A DNA stretch of 64,000 bases. It comes from Octopus sinensis (taxonomy: Eukaryota). Below are positions 38,613 to 53,444 of the stretch, piece after piece. The number at the start of each line of letters is the position of its first letter. Position 1 is the stretch's first letter. A program made the translations under genes and the position numbers. The DNA is taken from positions 16,802,001 through 16,866,000 of the forward strand of contig NC_043004.1 in assembly GCF_006345805.1 (NCBI RefSeq), read 5' to 3'. The notes under the pieces are model-generated. The model ran no database searches and was not told the DNA's origin. It saw nothing but the letters and a program-made list of their open reading frames with translations.

Positions 38613-38667
<55 letters not shown>

Positions 38668-38689
38668 ATTATGCCATGATGCAGTATCA

Positions 38690-39412
<723 letters not shown>

Positions 39413-40127
39413 CAAGAGCAAAAACCTAAAATAATGCTGATGAATAAAAATAGTTTTGCGCTGCATAATTTTATAATAAACTGGAATATCATATATTAAA
39501 TGTAAAATAGAAAAAAGAGATTTGTCTATAAAACTAACAGCTTCTAGTGATCGCAAGGAAAAAAACAAAAATGCAAATTAACGTAGAATTAATGACAGAA
39601 ACGGAACAAAGAAAATACAAAGGAAAAAATTTACACATTAAATGATAATTCAGAATATAACACAGCAGTGAAAATAACTAGATTATCTCCAGAACATAAT
39701 TAGAGTTTTTTTTTTTTTTTTTTACAGTGACCAAAGCAGCAACATTAAATATTAATCCTCCTGGGATGTGGTGAGAGATAGCCGTAATGAAATAGCTTAG
39801 ACATAATCATCAAAACCAAAACTTTGACATTTATTCTAATTACTACGTCATGCCTAACGATTCGAAACAGTGCCATTGAGGAAGTTGAAGCGTCATTCCA
39901 AATACAAATATATTAACAATTGAAATATTGGAGACAGAGAATAAGAAAAAAGCAAATTATAAACCGAGAATAATTCTAATACTTTGAGCTCCGAAGGGGC
40001 AGAATCACTTTGTAAAGTGGGCAGAAGATAAGGTGGAAGAAGCACAGAAAATTATGTTGTTGTTGGTAAGTGCTCATATTCAAAATATGATAGGCTTAAA
40101 ACACACACAGATACACATATATGTATG

Positions 40128-40243
<116 letters not shown>

Positions 40244-42201
40244 CTAGCAGAGATACCCGGTGTTGCCCATGTCGTATGGAATTGAAGAATGAGACTTTCC
40301 TTTTATATTTTTCTAATGAACTGGAATACCTATGATTCGAATTTCATCAAAATTGGAGATTAAGAACTGTAGTGGGTGTTCTTTTCCCCTTTGCACTCAC
40401 TAACAAAAATTCTAATCATGACATATTTATCCCATACTACTCATCTTTATGCTCGGATACCAAAATCCAACTCTTATAAAACCCATTCAAAGGTTTATGG
40501 TCCTGAAAACGGAGCACATGAAGCAGATGGAGGTCTAAAATGTGGGAGTTAAGGCGCCTGTTAAGGGCGTCTTAAAGTCAACCAGAGAATGTGAATTGTT
40601 GGAAATCTTTTTTAACTTTTGTCTTATATAACATTTATTTGAAATCAGAAATATATGAATGTTCACTGGGTTTGTAAAAGAGAGCAAAGCTAGGGGAAAC
40701 CAAAAGACGAATGATCACAATAAGCAGTCAGCTACCCTACCCCCAATGTAGGATTCCTGACCATGCAGGTGACCGGTACATCCGTAAGTTGCATTAGGGA
40801 TCTATAGCAATTAGAACGGCGTGACCCTACACAAATAAACATTAACAACTGCGTGACCTGAGGGCTGAGGAGAAATTAAAGTGTCACCTCTGGGATTTGC
40901 CAATGATCACTATGCCATTAGGTAACTGAACAGAATAAAATTGCAATTTATAAATCTCCTTGAATGACAAATCACTTATCTAGAAAGGCATTGAAATCAA
41001 TGTAACCATCTGGGACTATCTCTGACCCGGTGATAATAAAAATACTGAAAGGAGGTCTACAACCTAATAACTTTACTAAAAATAACACTTTGCAACTGAA
41101 TCAGTGGAGACAAAGATGCCAGTCTTTTACTTGACAATTATGCACCACATTGTAAAACTCACAATCTAAGTATATCTCAAAGAAAAACTCTTACACTGTT
41201 GTACCATTAAATTACAAATAACGCCCCTTGTATCCTAGGGTGACTCTACAGCTTCCAAGACTACAACTGTATTCGTCTTACCTTAGGAAAGATGACTAAA
41301 TTATGGGGGTTAATCCCCCGTTAAGGGGCCTTCCTAACCTCGAAAGATGTTGAAATTTACGTTACTTCTTTTGTGTCTAACGTTACTTCTTTTGTGTCTA
41401 ATATCTATCGTTAAAATTTCATCAACAGCAAATATATATGAGTTTTCATAGGGGTTAATGGCCTCATTTATGACCCCCCCCCCCACTGTCAAACATATAC
41501 TGCATTACATCCGCCTATATGCATAGAATATAATTTCAAAATTTCATTCAGAACCATTCAGTAATTTTGACCTTGTTTTGGATCATAAAAAAGACTACAA
41601 CTTGGGAGTTAAGGCCCCCATTAGGGGTTCTTAGAATCCTCATGAGAAGGGGAAGTTTTGGGAATACTTCTTGATTTGTGTCGATTACCTATGGTTGAAA
41701 TTTCATCAGCATCGGAAATTTATCAATTATCATGGGGGCGGTCTGACACTTTAAACCCCATCAAATTCAAACCAAACATACTGCATTAAACCCGCCCTTA
41801 TGCATTGAATCTAAGTTCGAAATATAAGGATCCATTCAATAATTTTTGGTCCATGAAACATGACTAAAATTTGGAGGTTAAGCCACCATTAGGGCCTATC
41901 AGAATCATCCAAAGAAATGGAAATTTTGAGTATATTTTAAAATTTGTTTCTAATACCAATGCTTCAAATTCCTTCAAGTTCCGAAGCATATGAATGTTCA
42001 AGTGGGGTTCTGCCCACCCCCTTTATGCCCCTTCAAAATTGTATGAAGCATACGGCATTACCCATCTCCCTAGGGTTGGATTTTGTGTTACAAATTTCAT
42101 TACGATCGCTCCAGTATTTTTCGAGTCAATAAGTATAGGTAACACACAAACACACAGACACTGACTTTTATAATACATATATATATATATTACATATTAG
42201 A
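40244..42201 (-). mobile_element. Non-autonomous Helitron with internal degenerate tandem array
   Basis: Minus strand: A|TC 5' end at 42201, 3' end gggcaacaccgggtatctctgCTAG|T at 40244; internal units starting 41294, 41593 and 41862. Confidence 0.75.
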
Positions 42202-42319
42202 TTATAAAACGTAGAGTTTATACCAGATAGCTCACTAGTAAAGCACGTTCACTTTCACAACGTTCGTTGTGTATTTGGTCAATCAAATATATGTATTCGT
42301 ATATATACATATATGCATG

Positions 42320-42374
<55 letters not shown>

Positions 42375-42394
42375 ATAGATATTTATGTATGTAT

Positions 42395-42597
42395 ATTTCG
42401 TTTTTGGATTAGGTTTGCAAGATTCTTTATATGAGTTCGTGTGTTGAAGCATATTCTGTTGTGTCTGGGGAAAGTCATTTTCTTTTTGTGCTTTATAATG
42501 TAACACACTCACCGGTAAATTTTTCACTTTTGTTCTTATTTTTATTTTCATAAATTTTCGTTGCGCCTTGCAACATTTTAAAATAGTTTTGACACTC
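42395..42597 (-). repeat. Single-arm copy of the 31893-32407 fold-back family
   Basis: Reverse complement matches 32215-32407; HHR-like core more decayed. Confidence 0.88.
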
Positions 42598-42849
42598 AAA
42601 GATTCAAAACTATTGTGTGTGAGAGTTTGTGTGTTTGCGTTTTCGTTGGGGAACTTTTGAAATACTAATGTCCTGAGTAAGTTTTTTTATTAATGGCATT
42701 CACTATTTCAGACCCGGAAGCATGAGGTTCGTAAGCAAGCTACTTACCACACAGTCACTCCTACGCCTATAAAAAAGAAGTCTTAAGATTTTACTATATT
42801 TTGATCAAATGTTTTGGTAAGCTTTCACAATCTGGAAGAGAAGGACACC

Positions 42850-43031
42850 GTTGGTCACAGTACGCTGTCTACTCCCCTCTGGATCGCGCTTTTCTCATCC
42901 ACGTGGTCCCAATCGCCCCTCTGAAATCGTAACTCCACCGTCGTGGAGGCCATCTAAACTTGCTGCGTGTATATTCTACGATGACATCCCTCACGCTGGA
43001 CTTCTCTCTGATGACCTTGCTATTGATGTGC
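42850..43031 (-). mobile_element. RTE LINE 3' fragment
   Basis: HINSKVIREKSSVRDVI..KFRW..PPRRWSYDF..W.RKARSR, RTE C-terminal pattern with an internal deletion. Confidence 0.6.
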
Positions 43032-43032
43032 G

Positions 43033-43054
<22 letters not shown>

Positions 43055-43122
<68 letters not shown>

Positions 43123-43320
43123 TTGTGTGTCTGTGTTTGCCCCCAACATCGCTTGACAATCGATGCTGGTGTGTTTACATCCCCGTAATTTAGTGGTTCG
43201 GCAATAGAGACCGATAGAATAAGTACTAGGCTCGCAAAGAATAAGTCATGATGTCGATTTGCTCGACTGCAGGCGGTGCTCCATCACGGCCACATTCAAA
43301 TGACTGAAACAAGAAAAAGA
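43055..43320 (+). mobile_element. SINE family A tail half
   Basis: (TG)n gtctgtgtttgccccc..gatagaataagtactaggct..gactgaaacaag. Confidence 0.88.
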
Positions 43321-43481
43321 ATAAAATAGATATATATACAAATAGAGAGGGAGAAACAGTAACAGAGCAACTCCTTGTTTTGAAATAGATTTTTAAATTG
43401 ATAAGGTATGTTGACAGGTAAAATGCTTACTGATATTAACTAGTACATTTCCTCGTGGGTCACAAATGACGTTTCTCATAA

Positions 43482-43786
43482 TCTTTATATATAAAATTGA
43501 AGTTGTGTGTGAGACCCTGTCTCCTCCGATTTAGATTCCTAACTACTCCCACATTTTGCGATGCAGTTAAACCAAAAGCGGGTATCTTATAGTCGTCATT
43601 CATATCGAGCTCTTCTGGGTATTAGCGCTCGTCTACGATGAGTCTACGATTTTAAAACAAATTTACCATCATTTTTCCGCCTTTTGAATGATTTTTGCTC
43701 GGGTTATATAAGGGAAATAACTCTCTAAAAATGCCCATATAGTTATTTCCCTTACAAACCCGAGCAACGCCGGGCGATACTGCTAG
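43482..43786 (+). mobile_element. Short non-autonomous Helitron (305 bp)
   Basis: A|TCtttatatataaaa 5' end; subterminal hairpin cccgagcaacgccggg (43759-43774); CTAG|T 3' end; no TSD. Confidence 0.85.
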
Positions 43787-43990
43787 TACGTTATACATGT
43801 ATATACATATATATGCTCAGGATCCAACTGAATCAGATCCTTCAGTAGTAAAGCATATATATATCTGTGTGTGTGTTTGTGTGTGTGCGTGCGTGTATGT
43901 GTGTGTATGTCTAAGAGTTCATAAATTAGGAAAAATATACTCATATATCTGTCAGTAGAGTGGATGTATTAATCAAAGCGTACTGTATCA

Positions 43991-44211
43991 TATATCCATT
44001 ACGGCCGATCTTACCAAACGGTTTCGCACTAGGGATTCATTGGAGTGTCAGGTAAGTGTCTGATCATGTAACCCTGTGCTCATCAGTCGTCATATTTCAT
44101 TCCATAACAACTACCTGTGATGAGCTCAGGGTTACATAATCGGACTGCTACCAAACACTCTGTGGAACCCCATATGCGAAACCGATTGGTAAGATCGGCT
44201 GTAATGGATAT
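43991..44211. repeat. Fold-back element (arms 43991-44086 and 44118-44211) with hammerhead motifs
   Basis: tatatccattacggccgatcttacca pairs with tggtaagatcggctgtaatggatat; catgtaaccctgtgctcatca pairs with tgatgagctcagggttacat. Confidence 0.9.
44011..44090 (-). ncRNA. Hammerhead motif with ~54 nt stem II
   Basis: Minus strand: CTGATGA, GCACAGGG...CCCTAGTGC, GAAAC, CGTT, tggtaa. The 5' strand of stem I is missing in this arm; a tacc that could pair with ggta is present in the mirror arm. Confidence 0.55.
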
Positions 44212-44240
44212 ATAATTCTATACACCTAGATAAATATATA

Positions 44241-45115
44241 CAAGCTGCGATGGGTAAATTGTCGCCATTTTATACTTTTAATTTTGTGCATGCGCGTTGT
44301 TTGTTTTGTGTTTGTCGACCACACAGTATAGAAGGGTCAGTTGGGCACCATCTGTTTATGAGAAAAAAGCACCATGACGCAATTTGGAAACGGCGTCCTG
44401 CACTGCATAACATTTGCGCCAGAAGCTCCAGTAGGAATATTTCAGAGTGTCTGGGTGTCAATCTGTGGCCAGTGCAATCTGACGACATGTATCGAGAATG
44501 ATAAAAATCATACATCCAGTCAACATCGTGGTATTTGGAATGGTTACTAGTGATGGCGTCTTTATGCCTCCATTCATCTTCCCACATGGACTCAGACTCA
44601 ATACAGAGGCCTACATCAAGTCCCTGGAGGAGGTAGTGCTGGCCTGGGTCAAGAGGGTGGCTGCTGGAAGACTCTGTGTCTGGCAACAGGTCTCTGCACC
44701 ATGCCACACAAACAGGAGAACCCAGTCATGGCTGTCAGACAATTTTTGAAATCACATCACCCCTAAAATCTGGTCACCTAACTACCCAGACTGCAACCCC
44801 CTTCATTATTATTTGTGGGGCGCAGTTGAGCAAAAGACCAACAAGACTCCTTGTAACACCAAAGATGAACTGAAGGCAAGGATTATGGCAGTATTCACCA
44901 ACTGAAACAAGGAGACCTTTCAGAAGAGTTGCAGGTGATTCCGAAGTTGTCTAGAGGCTGTGGTTGAAGCCTATGGCGATTTTATTGAAGGAATTTACTC
45001 TTCAGTATTTCAAGACATTTTTATGTAATTTTGGTAAATATATCTGTTAAAATGAGATGTCAGTATTATTTTCATTTTTACGTAATTTAGACGACAGTTT
45101 ATTCACCGCACCCTG
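44241..45115 (+). mobile_element. Internally deleted maT/DD37D-like transposon
   Basis: TA-flanked degenerate TIRs caagctgcg..taaattgtcg / cgacagtttattcaccgcaccctg; HPVNIVVFGMVTSDG, WQQVSAPCHT, WSPNYPDCNPLHYYLWGAVE. Confidence 0.85.
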
Positions 45116-45674
45116 TATAAATTCAAAAACGAAAGAAAAGACGTTACAAAAGTCAGAAAGAGAAACATTAATTTTTAGCTTTGTATGCATCTAAATACAT
45201 TAGCTACATGCTTCCCAACTGTAGCCTTCACGTTTCATCAACAGAATTAACAACGCGTTCACTGCCAGAACGAAAAACATTACAGACAGGTTATAATCAC
45301 GGAATATTCCTGGATAACATAATTCTGTTTTTGACAACTCTGTGGGCGATGTCGCTGTTAATATCTTCATGACCGTGGTTGCATTTTTTGTTTACAGTCC
45401 AGATTCCGCCCTAATATCGCTGCAGCATTCTAGTAAGGAACCTGATAACTTAGTATGATTTTCCATACTGCTATCGTTTCTGGTCTTAAAGCAAACTTGT
45501 AATATAGAGCCCTAATTTCTCCTAAATTTCTGATGTTGACAAAAGTTTGGGAGCTCAAATTCATGCAAGGTCTCTTTTAGCAACGTCATTAATTACACAT
45601 AACGCTAAGTCAGGTTTCCTATCGGTTCGTGTTATAATACTTCTTACATGAGCTTTTGGTTGTCATTTAATCTA

Positions 45675-46188
45675 TTGGGGTGTCCGGAAAGTTATTGCCG
45701 ATTTATAGCAGCTTAAGTTTCGACTTATTTTAGAACATGGTTGAGTCCACGAAATAGGATTTGACTACACCCTATAAGCTATGTTAATTCTGTAACCCTT
45801 TAAAATGGAAGATAAGAAAGTTCATTTTCGGCACTTGATGCATTGGGAAGCAGACAAAAATTGCTGCAGCTCGGCTGAGATGTGTTACCCAACCCTCCAT
45901 ATTCACCTGATATTGCTCCTTCCGATTTCCACTTATTCATGTCTCTGCAGAATAGTCTTAATGGTAAAAATTTCAATTCCTTCGATGATGTAAAAAGATA
46001 CCTTGATGAATTCTTTGCCAGGAAACCACCTCACTTCTGGGAAGAGGGTATTTTCAAGTTAAAGGAAAGATGGAGACGCATTGTGCAACAAAATGGTTCA
46101 TATTTGGTTGATTAAAAATGTAATAGCAAGTATTTATTGGCCTTTTTCTTTCCTTCAAAAATCGGCACGAACTTTCCGGACAACCCAA
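45675..46188 (+). mobile_element. 514 bp mariner deletion derivative with TIRs and TA TSD
   Basis: TA|ttggggtgtccggaaagttattgccgattt ... aaatcggcacgaactttccggacaacccaa|TA; MEDKKVHFRHLM fused to LPNPPYSPDIAPSDFHLF..GSYLVD*. Confidence 0.93.
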
Positions 46189-46611
46189 TAGAAAGAAAAA
46201 TGTATTTCTTCTCAGTAAACGTAGTTTGCTTTGAAACTTGGCATTAAGTGTGAGAAGCTTGAATAACTACTTTCCAACCGCTTCATAGTGATCTTCTTAA
46301 CTGTCGTGTGGAATTAATATCGATATAGATTCAATTCATACTTTTTCTAGATAGTTCGAAAACATGGAACATCTGAACCCAATTCTATGTCCTACAATGG
46401 AGTATGGAGTAATTATGCGCGTCTTTTAAATTCGATACTTGATTACTGCATTTAACTCCTCTAACAATGGATTTTTGTAAATTTACTTTGTTTTTTGCCG
46501 CTTTTGTCTAACCTGTATTACTGTGAAAAGTTTCGGGTGGTATTATTCATTATACTATGTCGACGTGAATGAATTCTGCGCGATTTATGTATGCACACAC
46601 ACATACACACT

Positions 46612-46651
<40 letters not shown>

Positions 46652-46662
46652 CACACACACAC

Positions 46663-46697
<35 letters not shown>

Positions 46698-47439
46698 TGT
46701 ATGTATGTATGTATGTATGTATGTATTGTTATTTCCTGCCACAATGTATTTTCTTTACTCAATTTGTTGGGGGATTATGCCAAACATTACACCGAAAAAA
46801 ATTGAGAACCATCTGTTACTTATATGAATTTATTTTAATTACTCTGGATTTCTGTCTTTTTTAATTTTATACGCTTTTTAACATTTCAACTAAAACGCAG
46901 TACGTTATTGATTCTGTAAAGCATTTAGTGTCATTTTTATTAGTTTTCTATTAATTTGTTCAAACCTATTTTATTAGTTTTAATCGAAAAAAATCTCGCA
47001 AATACTTATTGCCCCGAGGTTGTTTATTTGTACAGGATATACATTTTTGCATTAGTTTTTTTTTTGTTTTAAATTAAGAGTGAATACACACAGTGAAAAC
47101 ATTTTATTTAATTTTAATATTTATCATAATACCAATTTGTAAACTTGATATTTTTAAAGCAAATTTTATAAATTAATACATGTTTATAGCTAAAATTTAT
47201 CTCTTTGAACGTAGAATATTTTATTTCCACATTAGATCGAAATACTTAACAAGTTTAGTTTTTATAGCTTTTACCTAACAATTCCTGTTACGAGCATGTT
47301 AGTTCTGAAATGCAAGGAATTTTATATTCATTGTTTTTGTCTTTCAGAACATTTCAGTCGTTCAAATGTATGTTAAACTTCCTCCAATACAGTGACGATC
47401 TGTTTTTCAACTAACTTTTAAAATTCAACTGAGAGACAC

Positions 47440-47780
47440 CTGCCTCGGCTGATAAGAAGGCCAAGGCAACTATAATCAAGAATTTGATAGATATCACAAT
47501 CCCATCTGAACAAGACATTTCTGGGAAGGATGTAAACCTTTTCTGAAAGCAGGTGAAGAAAACGTCAACGTACAAGAAACTTAAAATTGAAATATGTAGG
47601 ATATGGCGTAGGGACGTAAAAAACGTTGCCAGAATAATTGGGGCGCTATATATTATAAAACAAATTTCAAGAATTATAGGCGAAAACCGTACCAGGGATC
47701 ACAACCTTACATGCAATCCAAACAACAGCCTTGCTAAATATCGCATATATCCCCAACATATGCTTACAGTTCGTTAGTAC
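47440..47780 (+). mobile_element. Degenerate Dong/R4 LINE 3' end
   Basis: LIDITIPSEQDIS, STYKKLKIEICRIW, IIGAL, IQTTALLNIAYI, parallel to 12940-13300. Confidence 0.7.
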
Positions 47781-48879
47781 TATTGAAATGATGACTATTC
47801 TGTATATTACACATCGATCTACATAACAGCTTTATATAATATCACAACTTATACAACACATAATCAACGGAAACACCAACAAATAATACAACACAATGCC
47901 TAATTCTAAATAAAAAATAGCCGTTCCTATAATTTCAATGACTCATACACGACACAATCACCGATCACCACTAATACACATGACAGTTATCATACAGTAC
48001 ATACGAAACACAATCACCTTTGAGTAAAACAGAACAACTGACATTTCTCATACTCTATGGCTCAAACGAAGCCTTAGAATAATAGCAGAGAATAACGCTG
48101 AACTAGTTTAAAATCAAGACACAGTTCTACATTTCAAAATGACTATACTGTACACTTAATTTGCACGTGATCGTTCAGTAGTAATGTGTATTAAATGTTA
48201 AAAATATAATGAGGAAAATATTGGTTTCAAATTTTGGCACAAGGCCAGCAAGCTCGGGAATGTGGTACATCGACCCCAATGCTTATCTGGTACCTATTTT
48301 ATCGACCCGAGCAAAAATGTTTTATAAAATTTTTAAAAGACGAGAAATAACATTGCCATGACTGATGAATGGGAAATCAATATTAATTCTCACAAACAAT
48401 AACTTAAGGGGGTCTCTAAACCTACTGGTCTATAATTTATTTTATAACAAGATAAAAAACAATAACATTATACGCTCATACTAGAAAGGCTTTGTTATAA
48501 CCTGCAGATAAGTGCATAATGGTAGAAGAACATAAAAGTTGCTGGGAAAGTATGCATGGATTTAAAGAGCAATTGCTGCTGAACCGGGATATTATAAAGG
48601 ACAGGAAAAAGGAAAACAAAGCTTAAAAGAGACTGATAAATTACCGAACAGAATGTTTCTTGTATATTATACAATACTCTTGATAACAATGGATGTTACA
48701 CAATCAAAGAAACCCCAATACCGACAAAATACATCAATTATACCTTGTGAAAATGGAAACAAGCATATTCTGATCATTTCACAAGTTATCGACGTACGTA
48801 TGTATATGTGCTTGTGTGTCCGTGCGTCGTATGTGTGTGTTCGTGTGCGTGTATAAATGGAATTAAGTGACGCTAATTA

Positions 48880-49321
48880 TTGGTTTGAATTTTAGCACAA
48901 ACACAGCAGTGTTTGAAGGGGTGGGGAGTCAATTGCACTGACCCAAATATTTGACTGGTACTTATTTTATCGCTCCCGAAAGGATGAAAGGTAGAGTCGA
49001 TTTCGGCGGAATTTGAACTCAGAACATAAAGACGGACGAAATGCTGTAAAACGGCTTGTCCAGAGTGCCAACAATTCTGCCATCTCATCGCCTTAGTGAG
49101 GCTAATATTTTTTTCTACTATAGGCACAAAACCTAAAATTGTTAGAGAGAAGGCAGTCGATTATATCGATTCCAGTGCATAAGTGGTATTTGTTTTATCA
49201 ACCACGAAATGATGAAAGGCAAAGTCGACCTCGGCGGAATTTGAACTCAGAACGTAAGGACGGATAACATGCCGCTAAGCATTTTGTTCGGTGTGCTCAC
49301 GATTCTGCCATCTCACCGCCT
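48880..49321 (-). mobile_element. Two tandem SINE family B copies
   Basis: actggtacttattt..gcggaatttgaactcagaac..attctgccatctca, twice. Confidence 0.85.
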
Positions 49322-52320
49322 AAGTGACGCTAATAAGGGAAATCAACAATATACATATAGGAAGTTCGAAGGAATGTTCTGTATAGTATATACGAAGTTG
49401 GTAGGATCGCACGTGAATATACAAACGAAGTGACATTATAATTTAACTACCGGAACAGTAACAACAAGAAGGACAACATCAACAGTATCAATAAATAAGA
49501 AGAACGACGACAGGAAGAACGGGACCGCTCTTCTTTTGTTTGTATTACTCGATACAGATCAAAAAAGGATGAGCTGTCCTCACCTCGTAGGCATAGAGAA
49601 TGGGTGGAAGTGTGTACGTTTCAGAAATGTTGTGCTCACTGACAATCGTCACCTAAAGTTGTTGATCATATGGCCTTGCACTTCCATCCATGGTTACTCG
49701 AATCTATGTATACTTAGACTTTCTACTCTTAGTATTACCATATTGGTACTCTATATACCCGTTTTTGTGGGATGATTATGGATTTTCCTGCTCAAGCCAT
49801 GGCTTACATGGAAAACAACATGGTTATCTGACATAATGCATTATATACATCGTGTATTCATTGTGACGGATTCAAATGAACCGAATAATAAAGTTAAAGA
49901 AAATACTAAATGTAATTCTATCATTTCCTTCACTTTCGTTCCAGACAATGTTCTGCAAGTGACCATAAGAGGCAATTGCTTTTGATAACTTCTTTTTATT
50001 TCATCTGAAAGAGCAGCTCATGTATTCTTTATTCTACTGAAATAAAGTAAAGATTTTGCTTATTTTGTATCATGGCCATCCACTTGTATGTGGTTTGTAA
50101 GAAAATTACAAACGGACGAGTGATTTTTAGCTCTTTCATTATCTTAGGGACTGGTTTTTGTTGGTGAATTATGTTCGTTTTCTTCTATAGTTCATGGTGC
50201 GATCAAAGGTTTCAGCGACATACAAGAAACATTTCACAATCAATTGAGCATCATCAAACGACAATGCCCATAAGTGCTGTATCATCAGTAAATAGTAAAT
50301 AGCAAAAACAATTTGCCTTAAACAGAAGAATGACTTTGAATCAGGGTGATTAAATAAACCTCCGCTTTACAAAATATAAATCTTATTGCCTTAATCAAGT
50401 CTTTGAAAATACAGCCAAAGATAACAGTGACACAATAAAGAGCAAACAATACAGACAACAAGATATAACCTTGCTTAGGATTCAGAAGATTTTATGCCTG
50501 AACAAACTATAACAAGAATATCTCGTGAAAGGAAATAATATTTTTCAGGTACCCTGATTTCCTGTACTACTTTCCTTTTATTGCGTCGAAAATCTTGGAA
50601 GGCGCCATAAAAATAAAGTACCGTTGTTGGTTTTTCTACCGAGCATTGTCTCAGATTTTTCCCAAAGAGAATAGTAAGTCGACCGTCCCTTTCTATGATC
50701 TAAATAGAAATTAGGACGCGAGGTAAATTGATTCTACAAGGTGAATAACCAGACTGAAATAAGAAAAGTCAGGATCTTATTACTCCATCACACGGAGTGA
50801 TTGCAGGTTTTTGTAAAGAAATCCTGAACGCCAACGGCCAGCAAAATTTTTGGATGTACAACGAAATATAAAAGGAAAAGAACTGTTGAAGATTTACAAT
50901 TTACAGGTTAATAAAAATAGAAAATAGAAAAAGGTTGATCTCCTTCTTATGGCTGGGATTTTGAAGTAACTGGACCGAAAAGAATAAGAGACAGAAAGTG
51001 GAATGCGGTGGGGTGGCTTACAAAAAACTAGGTGTTTTGTAAGCGTGTGGATATAAACATGTATGTGTGCAATATGTACATGTATATAGCATGTAAATAT
51101 GCTATATAGCATGTATATAGCATGTACATGTGCTATGTATATGGAATGTACATATTCTAATTTTACAGCTTCAAAAATAGGTGAGATATAATTCCTTAGG
51201 AATTTTTCTTCAGTCTTTCGTTCTCCAGGAGAATGCTTTGCTTTAGATGGTATTTTATTTTAGAGTATATACTATATATTCTTTTCATTATAATATTTAA
51301 TTGTTCACGCTCTGAAACTAAGCTACTAACATCTTAGCCTTTCATTATAACAACATTAATTCCGCCTGTCACAGAAATTAAACAGATCTAATATGATGTT
51401 TTGGTTCATAAAATACACAAGATTGAATGACTAAGACTTGTGACCTACTACACTAAATTAGATGCAATAAAACGTATTCAATCGGTAATAAATTCTAGTG
51501 AAAAGCAACTGAATAGTTATAAATATATAAAACAGTTACTTAATGATTCACTTATCAGGAATTGTTCAACATTTCGAGTATAGTATTAGCGTCTGAGTTC
51601 TATAAATTAGTTAAATATTAGTTGGCGTAGCTATATTCATATAAAAGAATTACGATTATCACAAATATTATGTTTTAGTGCATTTCAATCATATACTGTT
51701 CCACACATCCATTACTGTTCATGCAGAGAGTGAAAGTTATACACAATAGAAGTTTACTGATTTTACCAACAAACGTTCATGTATTTCATGTTAAATCTAG
51801 TTTGACGTATTTACAGCCTGTTGTATGTTTTCGTTGGGATTAAACAAATTATTCGATAAATGTTTAAATGCATGTGCCGCAGGCCTGTTTCTTTATGTAA
51901 ATATATATTTCTTGAAATAATATTACAATGGATTTGTACGGAAAGCAATAGTTGTTCTTCTGTGAATTAGACCTTGCGATATTGATAACATTCCAAGCCA
52001 AGAAGCTTTGCATTACGCCACTTATTATTCAGTGGGCATTTCTGACACATTGCCAATAAACTTATCAACGACTCGAGGAATAATAATAAATATATCAGTA
52101 TCGCTTCATAGACATTATCAAAACACTTTAGAAACAAATTCCTACATATAAAATATTGCTTCTACACAGTAAGCCTAAAATATGTAGTGACAAGACTTGT
52201 CATCGATGCTTTTGAAAGCTATACATGACCAAGTCAGTAAGATATCGGACATCCAACGTGCCAGTGATTCGGTTCACGCAGTAGACGTACCCTAAATCCA
52301 TGGCCTAAAACAAATCACTC

Positions 52321-52474
52321 AGGAGTGGCTATGTGGTAAGTAGCTTCCTTACCAACCACATGGCTCCGGATTCAGTCCCACTGCGCGGCATCTTGGGCAA
52401 GTGTCTTCTACTATAGCCTCGGGCCGACCAAAGCCTTGTGAGTGGATTTGGTAGACGGAAACTGAAAGACCGTC

Positions 52475-52532
<58 letters not shown>

Positions 52533-52765
52533 GTGTGTATATGTTTGTGTGTCTGTGTTTGTCCCCCACCTTCAACATCGCTTGACAACCGATGCTGGTG
52601 TATTTACGTCCCAGTAACTTAGCGGTTCGGCAAAAGACACCGATAGAATAAGTACTAGGCATCCAAAGAATAAATCCTGAGGTCGATTTGCTCGACTAAA
52701 GGCGGTGCTCCAGCGTGGCCACAGTCAAATGACTGAAACAAGTAAAAGGGTAAAGACAGAGTAAA
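52321..52765 (+). mobile_element. Full-length young SINE family A
   Basis: tRNA-like A/B boxes, cttgggcaagtgtcttc CORE-like motif, internal (TA)n/(TG)n, conserved tail. Confidence 0.92.
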
Positions 52766-52835
52766 CGTCCAGTACCGGGGCTACGAATAGTTAGTGTAGT
52801 ATCAAACAGGAAATCCATGTTGAAACCGCAACCCA

Positions 52836-53000
52836 GACGTGAGTATGTGGTAAGAAGCTTGCTTCTCAATCACATGGTTGCGAGTTCAGTCTCACTGCGT
52901 GACACCTTGGGCTAGTACCTTCTACTATAGCCTCGGGCCGACCAAAGCCTTGTGTAGACGGAAACTGAAAAATGTCCGTTGTGTGTGTAAGTGTGTCATA

Positions 53001-53079
<79 letters not shown>

Positions 53080-53320
53080 TGTGTGTGTTTATAACATATG
53101 TGTATATTTGCGTATGTTTCTGTATTTGTCCCGCCACATTGTTTGACAGCTGGTGTTGGTGTGTTTACGTCCCCGTAACTTAGCGGTTCCGTAGAAGAGT
53201 CCGATAGAACAAGTACTAGGCTTACAAAGAATATGTCCTGCGGTCGATGTATTCGACTAAAGGCAATGCTCCAGCCTGGCTGCAGTCAAATAACTGAAAC
53301 ACGTAAAAGAAATAAAAGAA
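52836..53320 (+). mobile_element. Second SINE family A copy in tandem
   Basis: Same organisation as 52321-52765. Confidence 0.88.
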
Positions 53321-53444
53321 ATACATATGCTATATATATATATATAGATATATACACATAAATATATACATATATACATATATATATTCACACACACACA
53401 TATACACATATATGTTCGCACACATACATATATATATATATAAG

